A stretch of 64,000 nt of DNA from the NCBI GenBank assembly GCA_964016885.1, contig OZ024743.1:92690001-92754000 (forward strand), read 5' to 3'. Both the position numbers and the translations under genes were made by a program. Numbering within the stretch: the first letter of the stretch is position 1; each line of letters starts with the position of its first letter. The DNA comes from Eledone cirrhosa. Taxonomy: Eukaryota. Positions 23,051 through 36,900 of this stretch are shown in pieces. The notes beneath the pieces were generated by a model that saw only the letters and a program-made list of their open reading frames with translations, was not told the DNA's origin and ran no database searches.

Positions 23051-23792
23051 TTAATTTTTTTTTCATTAATATCTTTACAGAGCTATTTATTTTTTATTTC
23101 GGTGACCGCTTAGGAAACCGAGCTGCTGTATAGATTTCCATTTTTCTTTCTTTTACTTTCTTTCTTTTGCAAGCTTCTCTCGCCAATGTCTGTTAGTTTC
23201 AAAATAATTAGGCACGCAAACTTTTTCCTTTCTTTCAACCCTACCCTTCGCATACACACCACTGCAAACGTCTTAAAAGCTATCGACTGCAAAAACAGAG
23301 TTTCTTGATAATTTCAGATATTTCAAACTTTTATTCCGTTCGCCTTCCAAAGTAGTGAGCCCGCTATATACTCTAGAAAATATTTATTGAACAGAGATTT
23401 GCATGCTTTTTCTAGCAGGTAAAATTAGCACATTTCTTAAGAGCCGTTCGAATCGAACATTATCGACATCTGTAATAATTAATTCGGAATGGGTATCGTA
23501 GCTAGTTATTTGGCCAAGTTATATAAACAAAAAGACAACATAAGTTTTAAAGACAGCAATATCGACAGCTATGCGACACTCTCGTAGTTAATAACGTGTG
23601 TTAATTTAAAAGTTAGATGAGATTTATGTAAAATTTTATTAAGCAACCTAAGTTGCTTGAAAATACTGTGTTATACGGTTGAAAGTAAGAAAAATGTTTA
23701 ATAGAAAATTAAAATATAAAAATTATCGTAAAAGAAAGGTGTTTAGTGAGTTGTTTTATACAATAAAACTATTAAATTCAGCATAAGCTTTC

Positions 23793-23912
23793 GTTTACGG
23801 CAATATCACGCTGACAACACCGGTTCTCGTCCGATCACCGAAGTTAAGCAACGTCGAGCCTAGTTAGTACTTGGATGGGTGACCGCCTGGGAACCCTATG
23901 TGCCGTAAGCGT
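23793..23912 (+). rRNA. 5S rRNA, class B (copy 21)
   Basis: C10A, G107T. Confidence 0.9.
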
Positions 23913-24655
23913 TTAATTTTTTTTTCATGAATATCTTTACAGAGCTATCTATTTTTTTAGTTCGGTGACCGCTTAGGAAACCGGGCTGCTGTCTACATTT
24001 CCATTTTTCTTTCTTTTAGTTTCTTTCTTTTGCAAGCTTCTCTCGCCAATGTCTGTTAGTTTCAAAATAATTAGGCACGCAAACTTTTTCCTTTCTTTCA
24101 ACTCTACCCTTCGCATACACACCACTGCAAACGTCTTAAAAGCTACCGACTGCAAAAACAGAGTTTCTTGATAATTTCAGATATTTCAAACTTTTATTCC
24201 GTTCGCCTTCCGAAGTAGTGAGCCTGCTATATACTCTAGAAAATATTTATTGAACAGAGATTTGGCTGCTTTTTCTAGCAGGTAAAATTAGCACATTTCT
24301 TTAGAGCCGTTCGAATCGAACATTATCCACATCTGTAATAATTAATTTGGAATGGGTATCGTAGCTAGTTATTTGGCCAAGTTATATAAACAAAAAGACA
24401 ACATAAGTTTTAAAGACAGCAATATCGACAGCTATGCGACACTCTCGTAGTTAATAACGTGTGTTAATTTAAAAGTTAGATGAGATTTATGTAAAATTTT
24501 ATTAAGCAATCTAAATTGCTTGAAAATACTGTGTTATACGGTTGAAAGTAAGAAAAATGTTTAATAGAAAATTAAAATATAAAAATTATCGTAAAAGAAA
24601 GGTGTTTAGTGAGTTGTTTTATACAATAAAACTATTAAATTCAGCGTAAGCTTTC

Positions 24656-24775
24656 GTTTACGGCCATATCACGCTGAAAACACCGGTTCTCGTCCGATCA
24701 CCGAGGTTAAGCAAAGTCGAGCCTAGTTAGTACCTCGATGGGTGACCGCCTGGGAACCCTAGGTGCCGTAAGCGT
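24656..24775 (+). rRNA. 5S rRNA, class B (copy 22, divergent)
   Basis: A50G, C60A, T79C, G81C. Confidence 0.88.
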
Positions 24776-25527
24776 TTAATTTTTTTTTTTTTTTTTTTCA
24801 TGAATATCTTTACAGAGCTATTTATTTTCTTAGTTCGGTGACCGCTTAGGAAACCGAGCTGCTGTATACATTTCCATTTTTCTTTCTTTTAGTTTCTTTA
24901 TTTTGCAAGCTTCTCTCGCCAATGTCTGTTAGTTTCAAAATAATTAGGCACGCAAACTTTTTCCTTTCTTTCAACCCTACCCTTCGCATACACACCACTG
25001 CAAACGTCTTAAAAGCTACCGACTGCAAAAACAGAGTTTCTTGATAATTTCAGATATTTCAAACTTTTATTCCGTTCGCCTTCCGAAGTAGTGAGCCTGC
25101 TATATACTCTAGAAAATATTTATTGAACAGAGATTTGCATCTTTTTCTAGCAGGTAAAATCAGCACATTTCTTAAGAGCCGTTGGAATCGAACATTATCC
25201 ACATCTGTAATAATTAATTCGGAATGGGTATCGTAGCTAGTTATTTGGCCAAGTTATATAAACAAAAAGACAACATAAGTTTTAAAGACAGCAATATCGA
25301 CAGCTATGCGACACTCTCGTAGTTAATAACGTGTGTTAATTTAAAAGTTAGATGAGATTTATGTAAAATTTTATTAAGCAACCTAAATTGCTTGAAAATA
25401 CTGTGTTATACGGTTGAAAGTAAGAAAAATGTTTAATAGAAAATTAAAATATAAAAATTATCGTAAAAGAAAGGTGTTTAGTGAGTTGTTTTATACAATA
25501 AAACTATGAAATTCAGCGTAAGCTTTC

Positions 25528-25647
25528 GTTTACGGCCATATCACGCTGAAAACACCGGTTCTCGTCCGATCACCGAAGTTAAGCAACGTCGAGCCTAGTT
25601 AGTACCTGGATGGGTGACCGCCTGGGAACCCTATGTGCCGTAAGCGT
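25528..25647 (+). rRNA. 5S rRNA, class B (copy 23)
   Basis: T79C, G107T. Confidence 0.92.
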
Positions 25648-26386
25648 TTAATTTTTTTTTCATTAATATCTTTACAGAGCTATCTAGTTTTTTACTTCGG
25701 TGACCGCTTAGGAAACCGAGCTGCTGTATACATTTCCATTTTTCTTTCTTTTAGTTTCTTTCTTTTGCAAGCTTCTCTCGCCAATGTCTGTTAGTTTCAA
25801 AATAATTAGGCACGCAAACTTTTTCCTTTCTTTCAACCCTACCCTTCGCATACACACCACTGCAAACGTCTTAAAAGCTACCGACTGCAAAAACAGAGTT
25901 TCTTGATAATTTCAGATATTTCAAACTTTTATTCCGTTCGCCTTCCGAAGTAGTGAGCCTGCTATATACTCTAGAAAATATTTATTGAACGGAGATTTGC
26001 ATCTTTTTCTAGCAGGTAAAATTAGCACATTTCTTTAGAGCCGTTCGAATCGAACATAACCACATCTGTAATAATTAATTCGGAATGGGTATCGTAGCTA
26101 GTTATTTGGCCAAGTTATACAAACAAAAAGACAACATAAGTTTTAAAGACAGCAATATCGACAGCTATGCGACACTCTCGTAGTTAATAACGTGTGTTAA
26201 TTTAAAAGTTAGATGAGATTTATGTAAAATTTTATTAAGCAACCTAAGTTGCTTGAAAATAATGTGTTATACGGTTGAAAGTAAGAAAAATGTTTAATAG
26301 AAAATTAAATATAAAATTATCGTAAAAGAAAGGTGTTTAGTGAGTTGTTTTATACAATAAAACTATTAAATTCAGCATAAGCTTTC

Positions 26387-26506
26387 GTTTACGGCCATAT
26401 CACGCTGAAAACACCGGTTCTCGTCCGATCACCGAAGTTAAGCAACGTCGAGCCTAGTTAGTACCTTGATGGGTGACCGCCTGGGAACCCTAGGTGCCGT
26501 AAGCGT
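26387..26506 (+). rRNA. 5S rRNA, class B (copy 24)
   Basis: T79C, G81T. Confidence 0.9.
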
Positions 26507-27260
26507 TTAATTTTTTTTTTTTTTTTTTTACATGAATATCTTTACAGAGCTATTTATTTTCTTAGTTCGGTGACCGCTTAGGAAACCGAGCTGTTGTATA
26601 CATTTCCATTTTTCTTTCTTTTAGTTTCTTTCTTTTGCAAGCTTCTCTCGCCAATGTCTGTTAGTTTCAAAATAATTAGGCACGCAAACTTTTTCCTTTC
26701 TTTCAACCCTACCCTTCGCATACACACCACTGCAAACGTCTTAAAAGCTACCGACTGCAAAAACAGAGTTTCTTGATAATTTCAGATATTTCAAACTTTT
26801 ATTCCGTTCGCCTTCCGAAGTAGTGAGCCTGCTATATACTCTAGAAAATATTTATTGAACAGAGATTTGGCTGCTTTTTCTAGCAGGTAAAATTAGCACA
26901 TTTCTTTAGAGCCGTTCGAATCGAAGATGATGGACATGTGTAATAATTAATTCGGAATGGGTATCGTAGCTAGTTATTTGGCCAAGTTATATAAACAAAA
27001 AGACAACATAAGTTTTAAAGACAGCAATATCGACAGCTATGCGACACTCTCGTAGTTAATAACGTGTGTTAATTTAAAAGTTAGATGAGATTTATGTAAA
27101 ATTTTATTAAGCAACCTAAATTGCTTGAAAATACTGTGTTATACGGTTGAAAGTAAGAAAAATATTTAATAGAAAATTAAAATATAAAAATTATCGTAAA
27201 AGAAAGGTGTTTAGTGAGTTGTTTTATACAATAAAACTATTAAATTCAGCATAAGCTTTC

Positions 27261-27380
27261 GTTTACGGCCATATCACGCTGACAACACCGGTTCTCGTCC
27301 GATCACCGAAGTTAAGCAACGTCGAGCCTAGTTAGTACTTGGATGGGTGACCGCCTGGGAACCCTAGGTGCCGTAAGCGT
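27261..27380 (+). rRNA. 5S rRNA, class B (copy 25)
   Basis: Class B consensus (C23/T79). Confidence 0.96.
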
Positions 27381-28113
27381 TTAATTTTTTTTTTTTTCAT
27401 TAATATCTTTACAGAGCTTTTTATTCTTTTAGTTCGGTGACCGCTTAGGAAACCGAGCTGCTGTATACATTTCCATTTTTCTTTCTTTTGCAAGCTTCTC
27501 TCGCCAATGTCTGTTAGTTTCAAAATAATTAGGCACGCAAACTTTTCCCTTTCTTTCAACCCTACCCTTCGCATACACACCACTGCAAACGTCTTAAAAG
27601 CTACCGACTGCAAAAACAGAGTTTCTTGATAATTTCAGATATTTCAAACTTTTATTCCGTTCGCCTTCCGAAGTAGTGAGCCTGCTATATACTCTAGAAA
27701 ATATTTATTGAACAGAGATTTGGCTGCTTTTTCTAGCAGGTAAAATTAGCACATTTCTTTAGAGCCGTTCGAATCGAACATTATCCACATCTGTAATAAT
27801 TAATTCGGAATGGGTATCGTAGCTAGATATTTGGCCAAGTTATATAAACAAAAAGACAACATAAGTTTTAAAGACAGCAATATCGACAGCTATGCGACAC
27901 TCTCGTAGTTAATAACGTGTGTTAATTTAAAAGTTAGATGAGATTTATGTAAAATTTTATTAAGCAACCTAAATTGCTTGAAAATACTGTGTTATACGGT
28001 TGAAAGTAAGAAAAATATTTAATAGAAAATTAAAATATAAAAATTATCGTAAAAGAAAGGTGTTTAGTGAGTTGTTTTATACAATAAAACTATTAAATTC
28101 AGCATAAGCTTTC

Positions 28114-28233
28114 GTTTACGGCCATATCACGCTGAAAACACCGGTTCTCGTCCGATCACCGAAGTTAAGCAAAGTCGAGCCTAGTTAGTACCTGGATGGG
28201 TGACCGCCTGGGAACCCTAGGTGCCGTAAGCGT
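28114..28233 (+). rRNA. 5S rRNA, class B (copy 26, variant M)
   Basis: C60A, T79C. Confidence 0.91.
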
Positions 28234-28984
28234 TTAATTTTTTTTTTTTTTTTTCATGAATATCTTTACAGAGCTATTTATTTTTTTAGTTCGGTGACCG
28301 CTTAGGAAACCGAGCTGCTGTATACATTTCCATTTTTCTTTCTTTTAGTTTCTTTCTTTTGCAAGCTTCTCTCGCCAATGTCTGTTAGTTTCAAAATAAT
28401 TAGGCACGCAAACTTTTTCCTTTCTTTCAACCCTACCCTTCGCATACACACCACTGCAAACGTCTTAAAAGCTACCGACTGCAAAAACAGAGTTTCTTGA
28501 TAATTTCAGATATTTCAAACTTTTATTCCGTTCGCCTTCCGAAGTAGTGAGCCTGCTATATACTCTAGAAAATATTTATTGAACAGAGATTTGGCTGCTT
28601 TTTCTAGCAGGTAAAATTAGCACATTTCTTTAGAGCCGTTCGAATCGAAGATGATGGACATGTGTAATAATTAATTCGGAATGGGTATCGTAGCTAGTTA
28701 TTTGGCCAAGTTATATAAACAAAAAGACAACATAAGTTTTAAAGACAGCAATATCGACAGCTATGCGACACTCTCGTAGTTAATAACGTGTGTTAATTTA
28801 AAAGTTAGATGAGATTTATGTAAAATTTTATTAAGCAACCTAAATTGCTTGAAAATACTGTGTTATACGGTTGAAAGTAAGAAAAATGTTTAATAGAAAA
28901 TTAAAATATAAAAATTATCGTAAAAGAGAGGTGTTTAGTGAGTTGTTTTATACAATAAAACTATTAAATTCAGCATAAGCTTTC

Positions 28985-29104
28985 GTTTACGGCCATGTCA
29001 CGCTGACAACACCGGTTCTCTTCCGATCATCGAAGTTAAGCAACGTCGAGCCTAGTTTGTACTTGGATGGGTGACCGCCTGGGAACCCTAGGTGCCGTAA
29101 GCGT
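28985..29104 (+). rRNA. 5S rRNA, class B (copy 27, variant N)
   Basis: A13G, G37T, C46T, A74T. Confidence 0.88.
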
Positions 29105-29837
29105 TTAATTTTTTTTTTTTTCATTAATATCTTTACAGAGCTTTTTATTCTTTTAGTTCGGTGACCGCTTAGGAAACCGAGCTGCTGTATACATTTCCAT
29201 TTTTCTTTCTTTTGCAAGCTTCTCTCGCCAATGTCTGTTAGTTTCAAAATAATTAGGCACGCAAACTTTTTCCTTTCTTTCAACCCTACCCTTCGCATAC
29301 ACACCACTGCAAACGTCTTAAAAGCTACCGACTGCAAAAACAGAGTTTCTTGATAATTTCAGATATTTCAAACTTTTATTCCGTTCGCCTTCCGAAGTAG
29401 TGAGCCTGCTATATACACTAGAAAATATTTATTGAACAGAGATTTGGCTGCTTTTTCTAGCAGGTAAAATTAGCACATTTCTTTAGAGCCGTTCGAATCG
29501 AACATTATCCACATCTGTAATAATTAATTCGGAATGGGTATCGTAGCTAGTTACTTGGCCAAGTTATATAAACAAAAAGACAACATAAGTTTTAAAGACA
29601 GCGATATCGACAGCTATGCGACACTCTCGTAGTTAATAACGTGTGTTAATTTAAAAGTTAGATGAGATTTATGTAAAATTTTATTAAGCAACCTAAATTG
29701 CTTGAAAATACTGTGTTATACGGTTGAAAGTAAGAAAAATGTTTAATAGAAAATTAAAATATAAAAATTATCGTAAAAGAAAGGTGTTTAGTGAGTTGTT
29801 TTATACAATAAAACTATTAAATTCAGCATAAGCTTTC

Positions 29838-29957
29838 GTTTACGGCCATATCACGCTGACAACACCGGTTCTCGTCCGATCACCGAAGTTAAGCAACGTC
29901 GAGCCTAGTTAGTACTTGGATGGGTGACCGCCTGGGAACCCTAGGTGCCGTAAGCGT
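29838..29957 (+). rRNA. 5S rRNA, class B (copy 28)
   Basis: Consensus. Confidence 0.96.
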
Positions 29958-30702
29958 TTAATTTTTTTTTTTCATTAATATCTTTACAGAGCTATTTATT
30001 TTTTTAGTTCGGTGACCGCTTAGGAAACCGAGCTGCTGTATACATTTCCATTTTTCTTTCTTTTAGTTTCTTTCTTTTGCAAGCTTCTCTCGCCAATGTC
30101 TGTTAGTTTCAAAATAATTAGGCACGCAAACTTTTCCCTTTCTTTCAACCCTACCCTTCGCATACACACCACTGCAAACGTCTTAAAAGCTACCGACTGT
30201 AAAAACAGAGTTTCTTGATAATTTCAGATATTTCAAACTTTTATTCCGTTCGCCTTCCGAAGTAGTGAGCCTGCTATATACTCTAGAAAATATTTATTGA
30301 ACAGAGATTTGGCTGCTTTTTCTAGCAGGTAAAATTAGCACATTTCTTTAGAGCCGTTCGAATCGAACATTATCCACATCTGTAATAATTAATTCGGAAT
30401 GGGTATCGTAGCTAGTTATTTGGCCAAGTTATATAAACAAAAAGACAACATAAGTTTTAAAGACAGCAATATCGACAGCTATGCGACACTCTCGTAGTTA
30501 ATAACGTGTGTTAATTTAAAAGTTAGATGAGATTTATGTAAAATTTTATTAAGCAACCTAAATTGCTTGAAAATACTGTGTTATACGGTTGAAAGTAAGA
30601 AAAATGTTTAATAGAAAATTAAAATATAAAAATTATCGTAAAAGAAAGGTGTTTAGTGAGTTGTTTTATACAATAAAACTATTAAATTCAGCATAAGCTT
30701 TC

Positions 30703-30822
30703 GTTTACGGCCATATCACGCTGACAACACTGGTTCTCTTACGATCACCGAAGTTAAGCAACGTCGAGCCTAGTTAGTACTTGGATGGTTGACCGCCTGG
30801 GAACCCTATGTGCCGTAAGCGT
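30703..30822 (+). rRNA. 5S rRNA, class B (copy 29, variant D)
   Basis: C29T, G37T, C39A, G87T, G107T. Confidence 0.87.
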
Positions 30823-31580
30823 TTAATTTTTTTTTCATTAATATCTTTACAGAGCTATGTATTTTTTTAGTTCGGTGACCGCTTAGGAAACCGAGCTGCT
30901 GTATACATTTCCATTTTTCTTTCTTTTAGTTTCTTTCTTTTGCAAGCTTCTTTCTTTTGCAAGCTTCTCTCGCCAATGTCTGTTAGTTTCAAAATAATTA
31001 GGCACGCAAACTTTTTCCTTTCTTTCAACCCTACCCTTCGCATACACACCACTGCAAACGTCTTAAAAGCTACCGACTGCAAAAACAGAGTCTCTTGATA
31101 ATTTCAGATATTTCAAACTTTTATTTCGTTCGCCTTCCGAAGTAGTGAGCCTGCTATATACTCTAGAAAATATTTATTGAACAGAGATTTGGCTGCTTTT
31201 TCTAGCAGGTAAAATTAGCACATTTCTTTAGAGCCGTTCGAATCGAACATTATCGACATCTGTAATAATTAATTCGGAATGGGTATCGTAGCTAGTTATT
31301 TGGCCAAGTTATATAAACAAAAAGACAACATAAGTTTTAAAGACAGCAATATCGACAGCTATGCGACACTCTCGTAGTTAATAACGTGTGTTAATTTAAA
31401 AGTTAGATGAGATTTATGTAAAATTTTATTAAGCAACCTAAATTGCTTGAAAATACTGTGTTATACGGTTGAAAGTAAGAAAAATGTTTAATAGAAAATT
31501 AAATATAAAATTATCGTAAAAGAAAGGTGTTTAGTGAGTTGTTTTATACAATAAAACTATTAAATTCAGCATAAGCTTTC

Positions 31581-31700
31581 GTTTACGGCCATATCACGCT
31601 GAAAACACCGGTTCTCGTCCGATCACCGAAGTTAAGCAAAGTCGAGCCTAGTTAGTACCTGCATGGGTGACCGCCTGGGAACCCTAGGTGACGTAAGCGT
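31581..31700 (+). rRNA. 5S rRNA, class B (copy 30, variant E)
   Basis: C60A, T79C, G82C, C111A. Confidence 0.87.
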
Positions 31701-32453
31701 TTAATTTTTTTTTTTTTTTTTTTCATGAATATCTTTACAGAGCTATTTATTTTCTTAGTTCGGTGACCGCTTAGGAAACCGAGCTGCTGTATACATTTCC
31801 ATTTTTCTTTCTTTTAGTTTCTTTCTTTTGCAAGCTTCTCTCGCCAATGTCTGTTAGTTTCAAAATAATTAGGCACGCAAACTTTTTCCTTTCTTTCAAC
31901 CCTACCCTTCGCATACACACCACTGCAAACGTCTTAAAAGCTACCGACTGCAAAAACAGAGTTTCTTGATAATTTCAGATATTTCAAACTTTTATTCCGT
32001 TCGCCTTCCGAAGTAGTGCGCCTGCTATATACTCTAGAAAATATTTATTGAACAGAGATTTGGCTGCTTTTTCTAGCAGGTAAAATTAGCACATTTCTTT
32101 AGAGCCGTTCGAATCGAACATTATCCACATCTGTAATAATTAATTCGGAATGGGTATCGTAGCTAGTTATTTGGCCAAATTATATAAACAAAAAGACAAC
32201 ATAAGTTTTAAAGACAGCAATATCGACAGCTATGCGACACTCTCGTAGTTAATAACGTGTGTTAATTTAAAAGTTAGATGAGATTTATGTAAAATTTTAT
32301 TAAGCAACCTAAATTGCTTGAAAATACTGTGTTATACGGTTGAAAGTAAGAAAAATGTTTAATAGAAAATTTAAATATAAAAATTATCGTAAAAGAAAGG
32401 TGTTTAGTGAGTTGTTTTATACAATAAAACTATTAAATTCAGCATAAGCTTTC

Positions 32454-32573
32454 GTTTACGGCCATATGACGCTGACAACACCGGTTCTCGTCCGATCACC
32501 AAAGTTAAGCAACGTCGAGCCTAGTTAGTACTTGGATGGGTGACTGCCTGGGAACCCTAGGTGCCGTAAGCGT
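32454..32573 (+). rRNA. 5S rRNA, class B (copy 31, variant F)
   Basis: C15G, G48A, C92T. Confidence 0.88.
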
Positions 32574-33325
32574 TTAATTTTTTTTTTTTTTTTTTTCATT
32601 AATATCTTTACAGAGCTATTTATTTTTTTAGTTCGGTGACCGCTTAGGAAACCGAGCTGCTGTATACATTTCCATTTTTCTTTCTTTTAGTTTCTTTCTT
32701 TTGCAAGCTTCTCTCGCCAATGTCTGTTAGTTTCAAAATAATTAGGCACGCAAACTTTTTCCTTTCTTTCAACCCTACCCTTCGCATACACACCACTGCA
32801 AACGTCTTAAAAGCTACCGACTGCAAAAACAGAGTTTCTTGATAATTTCAGATATTTCAAACTTTTATTCCGTTCGCCTTCCGAAGTAGTGAGCCTGCTA
32901 TATACTCTAGAAAATATTTATTGAACAGAGATTTGGCTGCTTTTTCTAGCAGGTAAAATTAGCACATTTCTTTAGAGCCGTTCGAATCGAACATTATCGA
33001 CATCTGTAATAATTAATTCGGAATGGGTATCGTAGCTAGTTATTTGGCCAAGTTATATAAACAAAAGACAACATAAGTTTTAAAGACAGCGATATCGACA
33101 GCTATGCGACACTCTCGTAGTTAATAACGTGTGTTAATTTAAAAGTTAGATGAGATTTATGTAAAATTTTATTAAGCAACCTAAATTGCTTGAAAATACT
33201 GTGTTATACGGTTGAAAGTAAGAAAAATGTTTAATAGAAAATTAAAATCTAAAAATTATCGTAAAAGAAAGGTGTTTAGTGAGTTGTTTTATACAATAAA
33301 ACTATTAAATTCAGGATATTCTTTC

Positions 33326-33445
33326 GTTTACGGCCATATCACGCTGACAACACCGGTTCTCGTCCGATCACCGAAGTTAAGCAACGTCGAGCCTAGTTAG
33401 TACTTGGATGGGTGACCGCCTGGGAACCCTAGGTGCCGTAAGCGT
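33326..33445 (+). rRNA. 5S rRNA, class B (copy 32, variant G)
   Basis: Consensus gene; altered 5' flank. Confidence 0.96.
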
Positions 33446-34182
33446 TTAATTTTTTTTTTTTTTTTCATTAATATCTTTACAGAGCTATTTATTTTTTTTA
33501 GTTCGGTGACCGCTTAGGAAACCGAGCTGCTGTATACATTTCCATTTTTCTTTTTTTTGCAAGCTTCTCTCGCCAATGTCTGTTAGTTTCAAAATAATTA
33601 GGCACGCAAACTTTTTCCTTTCTTTCAACCCTACCCTTCGCATACACACCACTGCAAACGTCTTAAAAGCTACCGACTGCAAAAACAGAGTTTCTTGATA
33701 ATTTCAGATATTTCAAACTTTTATTCCGTTCGCCTTCCGAAGTAGTGAGCCTGCTATATACTCTAGAAAATATTTATTGAACAGAGATTTGGCTGCTTTT
33801 TCTAGCAGGTAAAATTAGCACATTTCTTTAGAGCCGTTCGAATCGAACATTATCCACATCTGTAATAATTTATTCGGAATGGGTATCGTAGCTAGTTATT
33901 TGGCCAAGTTATATAAACAAAAAGACAACATAAGTTTTAAAGACAGCAATATCGACAGCTATGCGACACTCTCGTAGTTAATAACGTGTGTTAATTTAAA
34001 AGTTAGATGAGATTTATGTAAAATTTTATTAAGCAACCTAAATTGCTTGAAAATACTATGTTATACGGTTGAAAGTAAGAAAAATGTTTAATAGAAAATT
34101 AAAATATAAAAATTATCGTAAAAGAAAGGTGTTTAGTGAGTTGTTTTATACAATAAAACTATTAAGTTCAGCATAAGCTTTC

Positions 34183-34302
34183 GTTTACGGCCATATCACG
34201 CTGACAACACCGGTTCTCGTCCGATTACCGAAGTTAAGCAACGTCGAACCTAGTTAGTACTTGGATGGGTGACCGCCTGGGAACCCTAGGTGCCGTAAGC
34301 GT
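34183..34302 (+). rRNA. 5S rRNA, class B (copy 33, variant H)
   Basis: C44T, G66A. Confidence 0.91.
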
Positions 34303-35058
34303 TTAATTTTTTTTTTTTTTTTTTTTTCCATTAATATCTTTACAGAGCTATTTATTTTTTTAGTTCGGTGACCGCTTAGGAAACCGAGCTGCTGTATACA
34401 TTTCCATTTTTCTTTCTTTTAGTTTCTTTCTTTTGCAAGCTTCTCTCGCCAATGTCTGTTAGTTTCAAAATAATTAGGCACGCAAACTTTTTCATTTCTT
34501 TCAACCCTACCCTTCGCATACACACCACTGCAAACGTCTTAAAAGCTACCGACTGCAAAAACAGAGTTTCTTGATAATTTCAGATATTTCAAACTTTTAT
34601 TCCGTTCGCCTTCCGAAGTAGTGAGCCTGCTATATACTCTAGAAAATATTTATTGAACAGAGATTTGGCTGCTTTTTCTAGCAGGTAAAATTAGCACATT
34701 TCTTTAGAGCCGTTCGAATCGAAGATGATGGACATGTGTAATAATTAATTCGGAATGGGTATCGTAGCTAGTTATTTGGCCAAGTTATATAAACAAAAAG
34801 ACAACATAAGTTTTAAAGACAGCAATATCGACAGCTATGCGACACTCTCGTAGTTAATAACGTGTGTTAATTTAAAAGTTAGATGAGATTTATGTAAAAT
34901 TTTATTAAGCAACCTAAATTGCTTGAAAATACTGTGTTATACGGTTGAAAGTAAGAAAAATGTTTAATAGAAAATTAAAATATAAAAATTATCGTAAAAG
35001 AAAGGTGTTTAGTGAGTTGTTTTATACAATAAAACTATTAAATTCAGCGTAAGCTTTC

Positions 35059-35178
35059 GTTTACGGCCATATCACGCTGAAAACACCGGTTCTCTTCCGA
35101 TAACCGAAGTTAAGCAACGTCGAGCCTAGTTAGTACCTGGATGGGTGACAGCCTGGGAACCCTAGGTGCCGTAAGCGT
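35059..35178 (+). rRNA. 5S rRNA, class B (copy 34, variant I)
   Basis: G37T, C44A, T79C, C92A. Confidence 0.87.
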
Positions 35179-35927
35179 TTAATTTTTTTTTTTTTTTTTT
35201 TCATGAATATCTTTACAGAGCTATTTATTTTCTTAGTTCGGTGACCGCTTAGGAAACCGAGCTGCTGTATACATTTCCATTTTTCTTTCTTTTAGTTTCT
35301 TTCTTTTGCAAGCTTCTCTCGCCAATGTCTGTTAGTTTCAAAATAATTAGGCACGCAAACTTTTTCCTTTCTTTCAACCCTACCCTTCGCATACACACCA
35401 CTGCAAACGTCTTAAAAGCTACCGACTGCAAAAACAGAGTTTCTTGATAATTTCAGATATTTCAAACTTTTATTCCGTTCGCCTTCCGAAGTAGTGAGCC
35501 TGCTATATACTCTAGAAAATATTTATTGAACGGAGATTTGCATCTTTTTCTAGCAGGTAAAATTAGCACATTTCTTTAGAGCCGTTCGAATCGAACATAA
35601 CCACATCTGTAATAATTAATTCGGAATGGGTATCGTAGCTAGTTATTTGGCCAAGTTATACAAACAAAAAGACAACATAAGTTTTAAAGACAGCAATATC
35701 GACAGCTATGCGACACTCTCGTAGTTAATAACGTGTGTTAATTTAAAAGTTAGATGAGATTTATGTAAAATTTTATTAAGCAACCTAAGTTGCTTGAAAA
35801 TACTGTGTTATACGGTTGAAAGTAAGAAAAATCTTTAATAGAAAATTAAATATAAAATTATCGTAAAAGAAAGGTGTTTAGTGAGTTGTTTTATACAATA
35901 AAACTATTAAATTCAGCATAAGCTTTC

Positions 35928-36047
35928 GTTTACGGCCATATCACGCTGAAAACACCGGTTCTCGTCCGATCACCGAAGTTAAGCAACGTCGAGCCTAGTT
36001 AGTACCTGGATGGGTGACCGCCTGGGAACCCTAGGTGCCGTAAGCGT
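35928..36047 (+). rRNA. 5S rRNA, class B (copy 35)
   Basis: A23/C79 haplotype. Confidence 0.95.
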
Positions 36048-36780
36048 TTAATTTTTTTTTTTTTCATTAATATCTTTACAGAGCTTTTTATTCTTTTAGT
36101 TCGGTGACCGCTTAGGAAACCGAGCTGCTGTATACATTTCCATTTTTCTTTCTTTTGCAAGCTTCTCTCGCCAATGTCTGTTAGTTTCAAAATAATTAGG
36201 CACGCAAACTTTTCCCTTTCTTTCAACCCTACCCTTCGCATACACACCACTGCAAACGTCTTAAAAGCTACCGACTGCAAAAACAGAGTTTCTTGATAAT
36301 TTCAGATATTTCAAACTTTTATTCCGTTCGCCTTCCGAAGTAGTAAGCCTGCTATATACACTAGAAAATATTTATTGAACAGAGATTTGGCTGCTTTTTC
36401 TAGCAGGTAAAATTAGCACATTTCTTTAGAGCCGTTCGAATCGAACATTATCCACATCTGTAATAATTAATTCGGAATGGGTATCGTAGCTAGTTACTTG
36501 GCCAAGTTATATAAACAAAAAGACAACATAAGTTTTAAAGACAGCGATATCGACAGCTATGCGACACTCTCGTAGTTAATAACGTGTGTTAATTTAAAAG
36601 TTAGATGAGATTTATGTAAAATTTTATTAAGCAACCTAAATTGCTTGAAAATACTGTGTTATACGGTTGAAAGTAAGAAAAATGTTTAATAGAAAATTAA
36701 AATATAAAAATTATCGTAAAAGAAAGGTGTTTAGTGAGTTGTTTTATACAATAAAACTATTAAATTCAGCATAAGCTTTC

Positions 36781-36900
36781 GTTTACGGCCATATCACGCT
36801 GACAACACCGGTTCTCGTCCGATCACCGAAGTTAAGCAACGTCGAGCCTAGTTAGTACTTGGATGGGTGACCGCCTGGGAACCCTAGGTGCCGTAAGCGT
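36781..36900 (+). rRNA. 5S rRNA, class B (copy 36)
   Basis: Consensus. Confidence 0.96.

Noticed and set aside
26921-26942. Micro-inversion explaining the A/B motif difference
   Set aside because: The reverse complement does not match exactly, and intermediate alleles (AACATGATGG, ATTATCGAC) indicate stepwise substitution.
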